Of a stretch of DNA of 64,000 nt, positions 1 to 12,422 are shown piece by piece. The notes under the pieces were generated by a model. It was not told the DNA's origin, searched no databases, and saw only the letters and a list, made by a program, of their open reading frames with translations. Made by a program: the position numbers and the translations under genes. Origin of the DNA: Ranitomeya imitator (taxonomy: Eukaryota); contig NC_091289.1 in the NCBI RefSeq assembly GCF_032444005.1, positions 22,444,001-22,508,000 of the forward strand. Reading direction: 5' to 3'. Position 1 is the stretch's first letter. Each line of letters starts with the position of its first letter.

Positions 1-880
1 TCCAGCTCTGTTTAATTAAAAGACTGTTTAGAAGGCTCAACACAATCTTTCTGTGTCTTCATCTTCTCACTTCTATTTCCCCATCCCCTCTATAAAAGAT
101 TACGGTAACTATCCAACCTGACGGCTCACTGTGCTGGCAGTCTGTCTTATCTACGTCATACAGAGTTGAGATATTTTTTGCCAAGTGTCCCGTAAGTACT
201 GAATAAAGCAAATTTTGCTGATAAGATATATCACAAATATTCTTGTATTCATCTGTTCTATTGATTTATGCAAAGTCCGTTCAAAGTACAGTTCCCATTT
301 AAGTTTCCCTAATACCAACTAGAGTAACAGATTATATACTTTTTCATAACCTTCATAACCTATAGATAGAAATTTTCTCAATTACATCTCAATAAGACAA
401 ACAATAGGAATAGGTCTGCATCATCTAAATAAAAAGTTGTTTACCAGCGGAGGAATCCTCCGTCAGGCATCGTAACTCCTCTCTGGGGAGACACTAAAAT
501 ATTATAAATTAGAGACGACGCTATGAGAATCTGCTTATTACAGGCAATTTATTTCACACTCCCGCTTTTGCATGACAATGTGGCATTATAAAGACTCATT
601 AAAACGACCCAAACAATTTCAGAAACAAAGCGCTCTAACTAGTGATAAAAAATAACTAGAAGTGCGGAAGACTCCTGCCAAGAGAAGTGGCTGGTAGCCA
701 AAGAATTTACCAACACAAGTCATTAATGAGAAGAAGAAATCCAGCAGACCTTCCGAAATTCTAATCACCAACCTTACCATTGGTCTTGACTTACTCGTCA
801 CTTACACCCTAATGAGACCAAAATCTCTCACGGCTTCTATTCTGCATTTCTCAATGCCAGTTAGCCATCTGCTTTGCCAA
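1..880 (+). mobile_element. Heavily decayed retroelement coding remnant, possibly Penelope-like RT/thumb region
   Basis: Stop-riddled translation gives YRQFISHSRFCMTMWHYKDSLKRPKQF (resembles PLE YGQFLRxRRxCS...F) and LVLTYS (resembles PLE PLVLTY). Weak, by eye only. Confidence 0.3.
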
Positions 881-1547
881 TAGGAAAAAAAAAATGACAA
901 TGAAGAAGCAAGTTGATCATCTATATGGTCTCAGCACATAAAAAAGGGAGAAAGGTAAAGGGATAGCCTGAGCCCCACTACAGAAATGTAGATCCTACAG
1001 ATAACTCACGGAGCAAACAGTCCAAAAACTCATGTGAGTAAAATGTACAAAACATTTTATTTTCTAAATATACAACTACAAAGGTAGACAGACTAAAACA
1101 GACAAAGTACATCCAGAACTCATATGTGAAGGACATACAACACTAAGGCCGCCGTCACACATGCGAGTTTTACATACGTAAGAGCGCAGAAACTACGTGC
1201 GTAAAACTCGCATAACATACGGCACAATGATTCTCAATGGGTCTAGTCTGATCAGCCGTATATTACGGATCTGTAATATACGGCGTTCTACGGCCGCAGA
1301 AAATCGCAGCATGCTGCGTTTGTCAGCGTATCGCGCAAAAAAACGCCAATGCAAGTCTATGGGAGAGCGTATAATACGGAATGCATACGGACCATGCGTG
1401 TGCCTTGCGAGAAATACGCAACTTACTGGCAGATGTCCGGAAATGTCCAAAGGCCTCAATCAGGCAGGTGAGACATGCTAATTAGCTGAAAAAGCCAGAC
1501 AGTGAACCCGGAAGTCTGCTGCACGCCTCCGCGGAGTGATATTCAGC

Positions 1548-3382
1548 ATGGCAAACATTGTCAATATGGACATGCTGATAATTTTGGTCCAAGAGAGGCC
1601 AGAAATCTGGGACCAAAGAGACCCAAATTATACCAACAGGGCACAAAAAGAGGCAGCATGGAGGAGCGTGTGGGTCCCTTTTCCCACATTATGACCAGCA
1701 GCCACGTGAGGCACAGCGACAGATAAGTAAGTACACCCATGTTTGAAATGTACTGTTCTTGTGAAACAGCAGGCCCTTACTACTTTGAATTTCTCATCAA
1801 GAATTTCTTAAATATTCATGAAGGAACTAGAAAGCACACCAGTAGATACATGGTGTTGTACATGATAAACGGATTTCATTAATGTTTTGAATAGGTGTCC
1901 CTTACTAACAGTGTTTCCCATTAATTGTCCTTTCTGTGATAGAGGGTAGCGGACTCTGTCCTTGTGGCCTTGCTTGATAATTCTGTTTGTTTTTTAAATT
2001 TAATATTAAATGTGCTCCACAAATGCCTATTTGGATGCTACACTTAAATCTGTGTAGTCAATTACACCTTGTGTGAACACTCTGCTTAATGGGCTTATCA
2101 ATGTGTTTAATTTTTGTGGTTTCAGTGGGTGATGTTACAACAAGGTGGCGGAGTATCCGTGACCAGTATAGGAGGGAGAGGCAGCAGCGGGAGAGAAGTG
2201 GAGCCGGGGCACCTCCTAAAAAACGAAAATATCTATATTTTGACCGCCTAACCTTTCTTAACCCCAGCATGGACCTCAGGCCGTAAGTAAAAACATCACT
2301 AACTTTTTCTAATTTTTAAGTTTGAGAAAATTTGTCCTTAAAAATTTGAAAAATAAAACATTATTCTTTTTCAGAACTCAGTCTAACCTTACTGACAGGG
2401 AGACAGGGTCTGACTCTGAACTGGTCATTGACCCAGTTGGGGAAGGTGAAGAGGTGGCTGGTCCATCTGCTGCTCCCTCAGGCTCCATCCCTCCTGGATC
2501 CTCCTCATCTGGCCAGGCAGCCCCATCTGCATCCGAACCACAACAAGAGGTCCCACAGTTTGCATCTGCCGCCGCAGCATCATCAGCAGCAGCAGCACCA
2601 GCACCTAGCCAGGATGACCCTGGAAATAGCAGCAGCCCAACTGTTGCCCTGGATCCATCCCCACAGGCTGCAGTCAGACCACAGCGTTCACGCCGCAGGA
2701 GAGAGCTTATCCAAAGCAGGAGAAACGTGGATGCTGGGGTCATGAACTATTTGGCCCGGGTTCGAGAGGATGATGGGGAGGAGGGCTTTACCAGGAGCCT
2801 TGCCCAGTACTTAAGGTCCATAGAGCGGGAGTTGAGGCTTCGTGTGAGAGGGTGTTTTCAGATCCTTATTGACGCATGCACCCCCCCAAATAACCCATAC
2901 AATCTCTTGCAGATGATTGAACAGTGGCAGATGTCACCTGAAAATATTCTGCGGCCTCAGAGATTACAAGGCCTGGCTGCTCAACAAGGATCTGAAGCAC
3001 CCCCTCCACGTCAGCCAACACCTCAACCCCAACCCACAACGAACCCACAATGGCAACCTCAGCAACATATCGCGGGATATCATCAACCATCCCAATATGG
3101 CACTTGTCTACACCCAGTGCTGGAGGCTGGTCCCAACCTGGGTATGGACAATATGGTCATTTTGGGTTGGGGTATGATTCCCAGCCATATGGTCAGCAAC
3201 AGCAGGGGTATCTCCCAAATCCTCGCCCCACTCTTCAAAGTTCCCAGCATCATAGCTGGGCTAATGTCCCTCAGGCCACTACAACATCTGCACAGGGTGC
3301 TGGACAATTGGGCCTACAAAGGCCACCTGATGCTGACCCTGAGCAAGCTACATCTCCTGCACCAACCTACCAGGACTTGTAA
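1548..3382 (+). pseudogene. Harbinger MADF (Myb/SANT-like) DNA-binding protein gene, 3 exons (1548-1726, 2126-2282, 2375-3382), frameshifted
   Basis: LIILVQERPEIWDQRDPNYTNRAQKEAAW, then TRWRSIRDQYRRE...KYLYFDRLTFL, then DLRPTQSN. GT-AG introns in consistent phase. Apparent 2-nt loss near 1670 and a second frameshift near 3090. Confidence 0.85.
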
Positions 3383-3761
3383 TTTTGTTATTTTAAGTTT
3401 TGTTTGGTTTTTTATTTTTCTGTTTCCCTTTTTTTTGTTTTTTTGATATGATTTGTATCCACAATATTCTTTTGGATTGTGCCTACATAGCAGTCTTTAT
3501 TGTGGATGTTGTTAATAATTTGTTGTGCCACACAAAAAAAAGGCCATTTAGAGGCCAAAAAATGGTTATGGCAAAAAAATAACCAAGACCATATAAATTT
3601 TCAACATTAAAAAGTTCTATTACTAACAATCAAAGTCTGGATGCGCTCTATTCATTCTTCCATCACACACACATGATATGCTGATAACCATATGTGAAAT
3701 AATTAAATACAACAGACCGAGTTTATAAATTGGTTAACACATACTTTATAGATCTAAATAA

Positions 3762-5268
3762 TTACACATGCAAAAATGCATAGTCTTGCCAGGGAGTAGC
3801 ACCTTGAGGAGTCAAAAAATAATTTGTAAAGACATCACGAACTTTAAGACCAGAAAGTGGACGACGCGGAGGAGGGACATATGGGGTAGGCCTACTAACA
3901 TTGTTCATGAGGTGATCTTCAAAATTTGGAGAGGAACAATCATGTATTCTTGTGAAATTATGTAGAATTACACAGGCTTTGATCACTTCATTGATTGTAG
4001 CCTCACTCAGCTGGATGGCAGACTGAAGAACACGCCATTTGGCAACAAGAATCCCAAAGGCGCACTCAACCAGTCTCCGTGCCCTTGCAAGTCTCAAATT
4101 AAACACCCTCCGCCGGTGGTCAAGGTTGCGCCTGGGGCAAGGCCTCCTGACGTGCCTCGTCAGTTGGAAGGCCTCATCTCCAACCAAAACAAAAGGCACT
4201 GCTTCCGCATTGGAGCCTGGGAACTGTTGTGGTGGTGGGAGGTTCAACTGGTTGTCACGTAGCCGCCGACCCATTATGGACGAATTGAAGACCCTAGAGT
4301 CTCCAGTTCGCCCTTAGGCCCCAATGTCTACAATTATAAACCTGTGGTTACTGTCAGCAACTGCTAACAGAACTACAGAGAAAAACTGTTTGTAATTGTA
4401 GAATTGGGAACCAGAGTTCGGCGGCTTACGCACCCTGATATGTTTCCCATCCACAACTCCAATGCAGTTAGGGAAGTCACAAGTATTTTTGAAACCAGTG
4501 GCGATTTTGAGCCAATCGTCCTGTTTTGGCTCAGGCAACACAACTTCATGAAGTTTCTGCCAGATTTGTGAACAGGTTGTCCGAACAATGCCTGAAATTG
4601 TCGACCGCCCAATCAGAAACTGCAGGTATAGACCCGCATAGGACAAGCCTGTGGACAGGAAGCTGCAATACAAGAAAAAGGTAAAAAAAACATTAACATG
4701 ATGACTACGAAAACAGGAATAAGCACAAGTGTATATTTCATTTACTATGACATTATTTACAATAGAAGGTTCATTTTAAAATCTTAATATACTAGAATAT
4801 TTACACCATTCTTTTATATGTGCTTGTGGCTTCATGTCCAAGTTAAGTTACTGAAACATAGTAGGACACCACACAGTTTGACAAAAAAAACAAAATAAAA
4901 AAACAGTATGTGCGAATGTGGAATACATACCGTAAGGTTAGGAGCAGACGCTCCTCAGCAGAGATGGCTTTTCTCATCCAGGTGTCCTGATAGGTGATCC
5001 CAGGACGTAAGATCTCCAACAACATGTCAAAAGTCCTGATGGACATGCGACTATACAGGTAAAACTTGTCAGGATGTGCCCTCAAAGCTGAATATAGTCT
5101 ATGGAAATGTCCTTTACTCTGGCGTTGGGTCAATAGAGGATGTACCCACAATCTTCGTCTCCTCCTTCGCGGATCAACATTGACCTGATATGGCTGGCCA
5201 AAGCGACGAGACAACACCCAGTGAAGCAACACCCGCTGAGTTGTGCTTAAATACATAGGGTCAGACAT
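3762..5268 (-). pseudogene. Harbinger DDE transposase (HARBI1-like nuclease), 2 exons (5268-4931, 4662-3762), one premature stop
   Basis: Splicing restores LTLR|FLSTG. Catalytic motifs NCIGVVDGKHI, VGDEAF and VECAFG are present. In-frame TAA at 4314-4316 (DIGA*GRTGDS). Confidence 0.92.
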
Positions 5269-5856
5269 GTTTGTAAGCTCAAAGCAACACAGCCAAAATA
5301 TGCTAGAGAACATATAGGGCAGATGGGAGGGGTCCACCTGTTGTAGAGGGCTTAAATAGTGTGGTTAATGATGGTTTAAATGATTTGCAGGCCTGAAAAC
5401 CGTTAAATGCCCATTTTGTGAGGGTGCGTGAAAAATACGCCATACGGATCACATACGGATTACACACGCACAAGCACATGCGCAAAATACGCGACCACAC
5501 CTAAGAAATGCATTAACTACGGAAGTCGATTACGGAGACATTTTGGCGTATTGAACGTGTAGTACGGACGTATAATACGTTCCGTATTGTCTTACGCCAA
5601 GTGTGACGCCGGCCTAAGAGTAGCAGAGATGGATTAGCCTGCACACATATATACAGAGAGAATCACCCTGCAAACGTATGATGGAATCTATTTTGAACAT
5701 GCATAGGGCAGGTAAAAGGAGCAGGGGATAGTAAACACTATATTCCGAATAGAGGTGTTTTTAAAGTACTAGTATATACATATATATCAAAATAAACCTC
5801 CTATAGAGAAATGCAGGTGTTATCCATAAAGTCTCTACCAGTGCGAGTCCTAAATG

Positions 5857-5898
5857 CAGCCCCGACGTGCGTTTCGCATGGGCTTCCTCGGGGGGCTG
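5857..5898 (-). ncRNA. Minimal type-I hammerhead-like motif (core variant CCGAGGA)
   Basis: Minus strand reads CAGCCCC-CCGAGGA-AGCCCATGC-GAAA-CGCAC-GTC-GGGGCTG: 7-bp stem I, 2-bp stem II, GUC triplet, U4-to-C change. Confidence 0.55.
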
Positions 5899-6158
5899 TG
5901 TATTTTTGCATATATGTGCGAAACCTTTTTTCAGCCTTATGGCGTGTCATTTTGATTAAGATGTATCAGTGGTACTTGTTTACCCACTACAGAAATGATA
6001 GCATTCGGTGTAGGGAATATCAAAGCAAGGAAGAAATGAAAGGTACCACAGAGACAACCGATCTATGGTATCTCATCTTCTTTGCTTTATTAGTCCATTC
6101 ACTGACTAGTCATCAGCCTCATTAACCCCCCCAAAATACATATATTCTATCTAGTGTC

Positions 6159-6978
6159 TCCTTTTTGGAAGTGCATTGAACAGCAAGGTGGATTGCTGCT
6201 GAGGGGAAAGAGAAAAAAAAAATTCTTTAAATCTTCAGCTTAGCGAGTGTGAGCGAGCTGAGTGTGACCTAAGCGTAAGTGTGAACGGCGGTAAGTGTGA
6301 CTTGTGATTCAGTGAAGAGGTATTTGGAAAACCTTTAACAAATACCTGTGTGAATTGGTGTGAGTTGCTGAACTGGGAGTAGCTATATTCACAAGGAGTT
6401 AATTTAGGGTGGGGGCTCATAATCAAGGGTTTATAAGGGGCAGCTGGTTGGGGCTTAAGTCCTTTTTGGAAGTGCATTGAACAGCAAGGTGGATTGCTGC
6501 TGAGGGGAAAGAAAAAAAAAAATATTTTTTAAATCTTCAGCTTAGTGAGTGTGAGCGAGCTGAGTGTGACCTGAGCGTAAGGCTAGGGTCACATTGCGTT
6601 AGTGCAATCCGTTTAGCGCTAGCGCTAGCGGATTGCGCTAACGCAATGTTTTCTATGGGGCTGCGGTCGGGGTCGCGGTAACGTCCCCGCTCTCGCAGAT
6701 CCCCGATCTGCGAGAGCGGGGAACGGACCGCGGGCGCGCCTCGGACGCTGCAAGCAGCGTCCGCGGCGCGCCAGGAATCACCGGCGCGTCGCTAGCGCGT
6801 GCCGAACATGGCACGCGCTAGTGAAGCGCGTTCCCATTGCCTTCAATGGGCGCGTTAACGGACGCGTTGCACGGCGTTAATTTCGCCGTGCAACGCTGTC
6901 CGTTAAACGCGGACCCATAACGCAATGGGAACCCAGCCTAAATGTGAACGGTGGTAAGTGTGACTTGTGATTCAGTGA
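6159..6978 (+). repeat. Direct duplication of ~155 bp (6159-6315 and 6460-6978, second copy interrupted by a MITE), probably CR1 5' region
   Basis: Near-identical TCCTTTTTGGAAGTGCATTGAACAGCAAGG...GATTCAGTGA blocks whose starts are 301 bp apart. Confidence 0.8.
6581..6938. mobile_element. Tourist/Harbinger-type MITE, 358 bp
   Basis: TIR GGCTAGGGTCACATTGCGTT / AACGCAATGGGAACCCAGCC. TAA TSD at 6578-6580 and 6939-6941. The first duplicate copy shows the empty site. Confidence 0.9.
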
Positions 6979-7063
6979 CTTTGGATTTAGGGAGTTTCCA
7001 AGGGAGGAATTACTGAATGGCTGTCTATGTTTTATTGATACTTTGCATTTATTTTTTATTTAA

Positions 7064-7391
7064 AGGGAACCTGTCACCTGAAATTGGCGGGACCGGTTTT
7101 GGGTCATATGGGCGGAGTTTTCGGGTGCTTGATTCACCCTTTCCTTACCTGCTGGCTGCATGCTGGCCGAAATATTGGATTGAAGTTCATTCTCTGCCCT
7201 TCGTAGTACACGCCTGCGCAAGGCAAGATTGCCTTGCACAGGCGTGTACTACAGAGGACGCAGAATGAACTTCAATCCAATATTGCAGCCAGCATGCAGC
7301 CAGCGGGTAAGGAAAGGGTGAATCAAACACCCAAAAACTCCGCCCATATGACCCAAAACCAGTCCCGCCAAATTCAGGTGACAGGCTCCCT
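7064..7391. mobile_element. TTAA-targeting MITE (T2/Kolobok-like), 328 bp
   Basis: TIR AGGGAACCTGTCACCTGAA / TTCAGGTGACAGGCTCCCT. TTAA TSD at 7060-7063 and 7392-7395. Internally palindromic. Related copies at 29760 and 43821. Confidence 0.88.
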
Positions 7392-7426
7392 TTAACTTTT
7401 CTGTCTGGTGCAATCCCCATTATGAA

Positions 7427-8410
7427 ATGTGCTCCACTCTTGTTAATGCCATCCAGTGCACATCTTGCCACATGTATGCAGTCCTTGATCAGCCGGTCGA
7501 GGGTGCATACTGCTGTGCGAGATGTGAGCACATTGTGCATTTGGAAGCCCAGATTCTGAATCTAAATGTGCAGCTGGCAACACTGAGATCCATTGACAAT
7601 ATGGAAAGGAGTCTTCTGCTCGCTGAGCAGATGCTCAATGGGATAGATGAGGGGGGGATGGTAGGATGGAGCTCCAGGACAGTGAAGTAGCAAGCTGGGT
7701 GACAGTTAGGAAGCGGGGTAGAGGGAAGAGTGCCAGGGAGGCTAGTCCTGATCTGGCAGACCCCAATAAGTTTGCTAAGTTGGCAGATGAGGGGAGTGCC
7801 AGTACAGGGGTAGCACTGCTGCAGCCAGGCATGTCCTCTGAAAGCCGGAGGAGTGACTGCTCCAGTAAGGAGGGAAATAGGAGAGCAGGGCAGCCCTGAC
7901 AGGTGCTGGTAGGGGGGGGACTCAATTATTAGGGGAACAGATAGGGCAATCTGTCACAAAGACAGGGATTGTCGGACGGTGTGCTGCCTACCTGGCGCTC
8001 GAGTCTGACACATTGCTGATTGGGTGGATAGATTACTGGGAGGGGCTGGTGAGGATCCAGCAGTCATGGTGCACATTGGCACAAATGACAAAGTTAGAGG
8101 TAGGTGGAAGGTCCTTAAAGATGATTTTAGGGAATTAGGCTGCAAGCTGAAAGCAAGGACCTCCAACGTGGTATTTTGCGAAATACTGCCTGTACCACAT
8201 GCCACGCCAGAGAGGCAACGGGAGATTAGGGAGGTTAATAAGTGGCTCAAGAATTGGTGTAGGAAGGAGGGGTTTGGGTTCCTGCAGAACTGGGCCGACT
8301 TCTCAGTTGGCTACAGGCTCTACGCTAGGGACGGGCTGCACCTCAATGGGGAGGGTGCAGCTGTGCTGGGGGAGAAAATGGCTAGAAGGTTGGAGGAGTG
8401 TTTAAAATAG
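7427..8410 (+). pseudogene. CR1 ORF1 (zinc finger, coiled coil, SGNH/GDSL esterase), disrupted
   Basis: CTSC...CCARC Cys pattern, GDSIIRGTDR near 7917, VHIGTND and DGLHLN motifs. Split by frameshifts and stops. Confidence 0.85.
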
Positions 8411-8450
8411 GGAATGGGGGAGGGTATTCATTTTATAGGAGGGGAAGATA

Positions 8451-11040
8451 GTGCAGACAGAGACCTGGGCACAAATAAGGAAGTTGGGGGGTGGCGGTGG
8501 CATGGGGGGTGGGGTTAGAACAGTTAATTTAAGAAAGAATAGAGGTACAGAGAGGAACATCAAGTGCATGTATACTAATGCCAGAAGCCTCGCCAACAAA
8601 ATGGACGAATTAGAATTAATGGTGCTGGAGCATAATTGTGACATGGTGGAGATATCTGAAACGTGGCTGGATGAGAGCCATGACTGGGCTGTTAACTTGC
8701 AGGGTTATAGTCCGAATGGATAAGCGAGGGGGAGGGGTGTGTCTATATGTAAAATCATCCTTAAAACCCAACCGGCGTGATAATTAGGTGAATCTAATGA
8801 AAATGTAGAGTCCCTGTGGGTGGAGATAAGGGGAGGGGGAAAAAATAATAAATTACTGATAGGGGTTTGTTATAAGTCTCCAAAAATAATGGAAGCAACG
8901 GGGAATATCCTCATAAAGCAAATAGATGAAGCTGCGACTCAAGGAGTAGTCATTATTATGGGGGACTTCAACTACCCTGAAATAGATTGGGGAACAGAAA
9001 CCTGCAGTTCCAGCAAAGGTAATCGGTTTTTGACAACTATGAGAGACAATTACCTTTCACAATTGGTTCAGGACCGAACAAGAACGGGGGCACTGCTAGA
9101 CCTAATATTAACCAACAGGCCAGACCGCATATCAAATATAAGGGTTGGGGGTCACTTGGGGAATAGTGATCACAAAATAATAAGTTTTCATGTATCCTTT
9201 AATAAGATGTGTAGTAGAGGGGTTACAAGGACACTAAACTTCAGGAGGGCAAATTTCCAATGGATGAGAGATGATCTTAGTGCAATTAACTGGGACGATA
9301 TCCAGAGACATAAAAATACACAAAGAAAATGGGAGACGTTTATTAGCATCCTGGATAGGACCTGTGCACAGTATATACTGTATGGGAATAAACATACTAG
9401 AAATAGGAGGAAACCAATATGGCTAAATAGAGCTGTAAAGGGCGCAATAAGTGACAAAAAGAAATCATTTAGAGAATTAAAGGAAGTAGGTAGTGAGGAG
9501 GCATTAAATAAATAAAGAAAATTAAATAAATTCTGTAAAAAGCAAATCAAGGCAGCAAAGATTGAGACAGAGAGACTCATTGCCAGAGAGAGTAAAAATA
9601 ATCCCAAAATATTATTTAACTATGTCAATAGTAAGAAAATAAAAAATGATAGTGTTGGCCCCCTTAAAAATAGTCTGGGTGAAATGGATGAGGATGAGGA
9701 AAAAGCCAATATGCTAAATGACTTTTTTTCATCAGTATTTACACAAGAAAATCCCATGGCAGACAATATGATCAGTGATAACAAAAATTCCCCATTAAAT
9801 GTCACCTGCTTAACCCAGCAGGAAGTACGTTGGGGTCTAAAAATCACTAAAATTGACAAATCTCCGGGCCCGGATGGGATAGACCCCCGAGTACTGCAGG
9901 AATTAAGTACAGTCATTGATAGACCATTATTTTTAATCTTTAAAGAGTCCATAATAACAGGGTCTGTACCACAGGACTGGCGTATAGCAAATGTGGGGCC
10001 AACATTCAAAAAGGGGACAAAAACTGAACTGAACTGAATTATAGGCCAGTAAGCTTAACCTCTACTGTGGGTAAAATCCTGGAGGGCATTCTAAGGGATG
10101 CTATACTGGAGTATCTGAAGAGGAATAACCTCATGACCCAGTATCAGCACGGGTTTACTAGGGACCGTTCATGTCAGACTAATCTGATCAGCTTCTATGA
10201 AGAGGTAAGTTTCGGATTGGACCAAGGGAACCCAGTGGACGTAGTGTATATGGACTTTTCAAAAGCTTTTGATACGGTGCCACACAAAAGGTTGATACAT
10301 AAAATGAGAATAATGGGGATAGGGGAAAATATGTGTAAGTGGATTAAGAGCTGGCTCAGGGATAGGAAACAAAGGGTGGTTATTAATGGAGCACACTCAG
10401 CCTGGGTAGCGGTTAGCAGTGGGGTACCACAGGGGTCAGTATTGGGCCTTCTTCGTTTTGACATATTTATTAATGACCTTGTAGGGGGCATTCAGAGCAG
10501 AATTTCAATATTTGCAGATGACACTAAACTCTGCAGGGTAATCAATAGAGAGGAGGACAATTTTATATTACAGGATGATTTATGTAAACTAGAAGCTTGG
10601 GCTGATAAATGGCAAATGAGCTTTAATGGGAATAAATGTAAGGTCATGCACTTGGTTAGAAGTAATAAGATGTATAACTATGCGCTTAATTCTAAAACTC
10701 AGGGCAAAACCGTCAATGAAAAAGACCTGGGAGTATGGGTGGCTGACAAACTCACATTTAGTGGCCAGTGTCAGGCAGCTGCTACAAAGGCAAATAAAAT
10801 AATGGGATGCATTAAAAGAGGCATAGATGCTCATGAGGAGAACATAATTTTACCTCTATACAAGTCACTAGTTCGACCACACTTAGAATACTGTGCACAG
10901 TTCTGGTCTCCGGTGTATAAGAAAGACATAGCTGAACTGGAGCGGGTGCAGAGAAGAGCGACCAAGGTTATTAGAGGACTGGGGGGTCTGCAATACCAAG
11001 ATAGATTATTAAAATTGGGGCTATTTAGTTTGGAAAAGTT
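8451..11040 (+). pseudogene. CR1 ORF2 (APE endonuclease plus reverse transcriptase), disrupted
   Basis: YTNARSL, SETW, MGDFNYP, LDLILTN, SDH (APE); KSPGPDG, DFSKAFD, GVPQGSVLG, FADD (RT). Several stops, frameshifts and deletions. Confidence 0.93.
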
Positions 11041-12422
11041 AGTTTACTGTAAGAGCAGTGAGACTATGGAACTCTCTGCCGTATGATGTTGTAATAAGTG
11101 TAATGAGTGATTCATTACTTAAATTTAAGAGGAGACTGGATACCTTTCTTGAAAAGTATAATGTTACAGGGTATATACACTAGATTGCTTGTTAGGGTGT
11201 TGATCCAGGGAACTAGTCTGATTGCCATATGTGGAGTCGGGAAGGAATTTTTTTTCCCCAATGTGGAGCTTACTCTTTGCCACATGGGGTTTCTTGCCTT
11301 CCTCTGGATCAACATGTTAGAGCATGTTAGGTTAGGCTATGGGTTGAACTAGATGGACTTAAAGTCTTCCTCCAACCTTAATAACTATGTTACTATAAAT
11401 AGTAAATAGCATGCTGGGCGGAGGGAGATGAAGCTGCAGTTTTTCATTTAGTGCCTCCACAAAAGGGTCATTGGATTGGCTCAGAGCAGAGCAAAAAAGT
11501 AAAGTCGCACCAGAAAGAACCCATCCCATGCAACCAGCAAAGAAAGATAATGTACACTTAGGCCGCCGTCACACATGCGAGTTTTACGGACGTAAGAGCG
11601 CAGAATCTACGTCCGTAAAACTCGCAAAAAATACGGCACAATTATTCTCTATGCCCCTGCTCCTATTTGCCGTATTTTACTGATCAGTATTATACGGCTT
11701 TCTACGGCCGTACAAAATCGCAGCATGCTGCGTTTGTCACCGTACTGCGCAAGAAATACGCCAATGAAAGTCTATGGAAGCGTGAAAAATACGGATTACA
11801 CACGGACAAGCAGTGTGACTTGCGAGAAATACGCAGCGCTGTTAGAGAGAAAAGCCGGTAATTCAGTGCGGTGTACAGTAAAATCACACTGACAGCTTAC
11901 AGTAGAATAGGTAGAATAAATGTGTACACATAGAATAGGTATATATATATATATATATATGTCAGTGAGACACATATATGTATATATATTAATATTTATT
12001 CCAGCGCTATACAGCTTGAAAGCCGGTAATTCAATTACCGGCTTTTTCCTTCTCCTTCCTAAAACCCGACATGATTTGAGACATGGTTTACATACAGTAA
12101 ACCATGTCTTCTCTCCATTTTTTTTGCAGATTCCACACTACTAATGTCAGTAGTGTGTATCTGCAAAATTTGGCCGTTCTAGCTCTTAAAATAAAGGGTT
12201 AAATGGCGGAAAAAATTGGCGTGGGCTCCCGCGCAATTTTCTCCGCCAGAGTAGTAAAGCCAGTGACTGAGGGCAGATATTAATAGCCTGGAGAGGGTCC
12301 ACGGTTATTGGCCCCCCCTGGCTAAAAATATCTGAACCCAGCCACCCCAGAAAAGGCACATCTGGAAGATGCGCCTATTCTGGCACTTGGCCACTCTCTT
12401 CCCATTCCCGTGTAGCGGTGGG

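Larger units (their letters stand above)
1147..5614. mobile_element. PIF/Harbinger DNA transposon, full length (4468 bp), two convergent genes
   Basis: Termini GGCCGCCGTCACAC...GTGTGACGCCGGCC. TAA TSD at 1144-1146 and 5615-5617. Encodes a DDE nuclease (minus strand) and a MADF/Myb-SANT protein (plus strand). Confidence 0.95.
989..5982 (-). mobile_element. Penelope-like terminal-repeat (pLTR) insertion of ~530 bp, interrupted by the Harbinger element
   Basis: 15-bp direct repeat CCCACTACAGAAATG at 974-988 and 5983-5997. Minus-strand AATAAA near the 3' end with no poly(A) tail. Hammerhead-like motif at 5857-5898. Confidence 0.6.
6980..11396 (+). mobile_element. CR1-clade LINE, near full length, decayed
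   Basis: ORF1 with a Cys finger and SGNH esterase, ORF2 with APE and RT, and a 3' end CAACCTTAATAACTATGTTACTAT typical of CR1 microsatellite tails. Confidence 0.92.

Noticed and set aside
2322-3446. 374-aa ORF as a stand-alone host gene
   Set aside because: It is exon 3 of the Harbinger MADF gene plus intron and out-of-frame tail.
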